A stretch of 16,260 bases of DNA from a virus. This document shows, piece after piece, positions 14,994 to 16,260 of the stretch. Position numbers and translations under genes: made by a program. Positions within the stretch are counted from its first letter, which is position 1. Each line of letters begins with the position of its first letter. A model generated the notes under the pieces. The model was not told the origin of the DNA, ran no database searches, and worked only from the letters and a program-made list of their open reading frames with translations. The stretch lies in the UHGV virus genome UHGV-0143875. The stretch is one strand, 5' to 3'.

Positions 14994-15212
14994 ATGTACT
15001 TGACACTTCAGGAGTGGAACGCACGCCAGCGACGCCCAAGAAGCCTTGAAACAGTTCGTCGATGGGTACGCGAGTGCAGGATATTCCCTCCTCCGGTTAA
15101 GGATGGAAGAGAGTATCTGTTCCACGAATCAGCGGTAAAGGTTGACTTAAATCGACCAGTAACAGGTAGCCTTTTGAAGAGGATCAGAAATGGGAAGAAG
15201 GCGAAGTCATGA
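14994..15212 (+). CDS. xis: Excisionase Xis
   Basis: 72 aa MYLTLQEWNARQRRPRSLETVRRWVRECRIFPPPVKDGREYLFHESAVKVDLNRPVTGSLLKRIRNGKKAKS; lambda Xis by recall; 3' end overlaps int. Confidence 0.95.
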   Translation: MYLTLQEWNARQRRPRSLETVRRWVRECRIFPPPVKDGREYLFHESAVKVDLNRPVTGSLLKRIRNGKKAKS

Positions 15213-16260
15213 GCGCCGGGATTTACCCCCTAATCTTTATATAAGAAACAATGGATATTACTGCTACAGGGACCCAAGGACGGGTAAAGAGTTTGGATTA
15301 GGCCGAGACAGGAGGATAGCAATCACTGAAGCTATACAGGCCAACATTGAGTTATTTTCAGGACACAAACACAAGCCTCTGACAGCGAGAATCAACAGTG
15401 ATAATTCTGTTACGTTACATTCATGGCTTGATCGCTACGAAAAAATCCTCGCCAACAGAGGAATCAAGCAGAAGACACTCATAAATTACATGAGCAAAAT
15501 TAAAGCAATAAGGAGGAGTCTGCCTGATGCTCCACTTGAAGACATCACCACAAAAGAAATTGCAGCAATGCTCAATGGATACATAGACGAGGGCAAGGCG
15601 GCGTCAGCCAAGTTAATCAGATCAACACTGAGCGATGCATTCCGAGAGGCAATAGCTGAAGGCCATATAACAACAAACCCGGTCGCTGCCACTCGCGCAG
15701 CAAAATCAGAGGTAAGGAGATCAAGACTTACGGCTGACGAATACCTGAAAATTTATCAAGCAGCAGAATCATCACCATGTTGGCTCAGACTTGCAATGGA
15801 ACTGGCTGTTGTTACCGGGCAGCGAGTTGGTGATTTATGCGAAATGAAGTGGTCTGATATCGTAGATGGATATCTTTATGTCGAGCAAAGCAAAACAGGC
15901 GTAAAAATTGCCATCCCTACAACATTGCATGTTGATGCTCTCGGGATATCAATGAAGGAAACACTTGGTAAATGCAAAGAGATTCTTGGCGGAGAAACCA
16001 TAATTGCATCTACTCGTCGTGAACCGCTTTCATCCGGCACAGTATCAAGGTATTTTATGCGCGCACGAAAAGCATCAGGTCTTTCCTTCGAAGGGGATCC
16101 GCCTACCTTTCACGAGTTGCGCAGTTTGTCTGCAAGACTCTATGAGAAGCAGATAAGCGATAAGTTTGCTCAACATCTTCTCGGGCATAAGTCGGACACC
16201 ATGGCATCACAATATCGTGATGACAGAGGCAGGGAGTGGGACAAAATTGAAATCAAATAA
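15190..16260 (+). CDS. int: Tyrosine integrase Int (lambda type); stop codon is the last triplet of the window
   Basis: 356 aa MGRRRSHERRDLPPNLYIRNNGYYCYRDPRTGKEFGLGRDRRIAITEAIQANIELFSGHKHKPLTARINSDNSVTLHSWLDRYEK...HELRSLSARLYEKQISDKFAQHLLGHKSDTMASQYRDDRGREWDKIEIK; C-terminal R...H-x-x-R...Y catalytic signature; lambda Int by recall. Confidence 0.95.
   Translation: MGRRRSHERRDLPPNLYIRNNGYYCYRDPRTGKEFGLGRDRRIAITEAIQANIELFSGHKHKPLTARINSDNSVTLHSWLDRYEKILANRGIKQKTLINYMSKIKAIRRSLPDAPLEDITTKEIAAMLNGYIDEGKAASAKLIRSTLSDAFREAIAEGHITTNPVAATRAAKSEVRRSRLTADEYLKIYQAAESSPCWLRLAMELAVVTGQRVGDLCEMKWSDIVDGYLYVEQSKTGVKIAIPTTLHVDALGISMKETLGKCKEILGGETIIASTRREPLSSGTVSRYFMRARKASGLSFEGDPPTFHELRSLSARLYEKQISDKFAQHLLGHKSDTMASQYRDDRGREWDKIEIK

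Noticed and set aside
14645-15125. Minus-strand ORFs 14645..14857, 14772..15125 and 14854..15039 antisense to the xis-proximal region
   Set aside because: Antisense to xis and the 55-aa ORF; low-complexity; spurious.

Overview
This 16.3-kb window is a contiguous segment of a lambdoid (lambda-family) phage or prophage, inverted relative to the conventional lambda map. Left to right it contains: the 5' part of a phage-21-type SAR endolysin and its pinholin (minus strand); one good tRNA and one atypical tRNA-like gene; a compact late promoter and terminator; antiterminator Q; the nin region (NinI-like phosphatase, NinG, NinF, a 57-aa zinc-ribbon protein, a DPPW adenine methyltransferase, NinB); tR2; ren; replication genes P and O with the four-iteron origin inside O; oop RNA; cII; nutR; a 434-type cro, OR operators and cI; a signal-peptide protein translationally coupled to cI in the position lambda uses for rexAB; 434-type OL/pL; nutL; N; then a long plus-strand accessory region (an unknown 178-aa gene, cIII, acidic small proteins, a RecT-family recombinase and partner, about ten small or unknown tightly coupled genes including a tandem-duplicated pair and a nuclease-like gene); and lambda-type xis and int, with int ending at the window edge. 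No CRISPR array, rRNA or IS element was seen, and attP lies outside the window. All protein identifications rest on reading the supplied translations and recalled family signatures; no database search or alignment was run. The best candidates for undescribed biology are the variable accessory slots embedded in a conserved backbone: the cI-coupled secreted protein (7400-7804), the N-adjacent 178-aa gene (8447-8983) and the coupled operon at 12007-14364.
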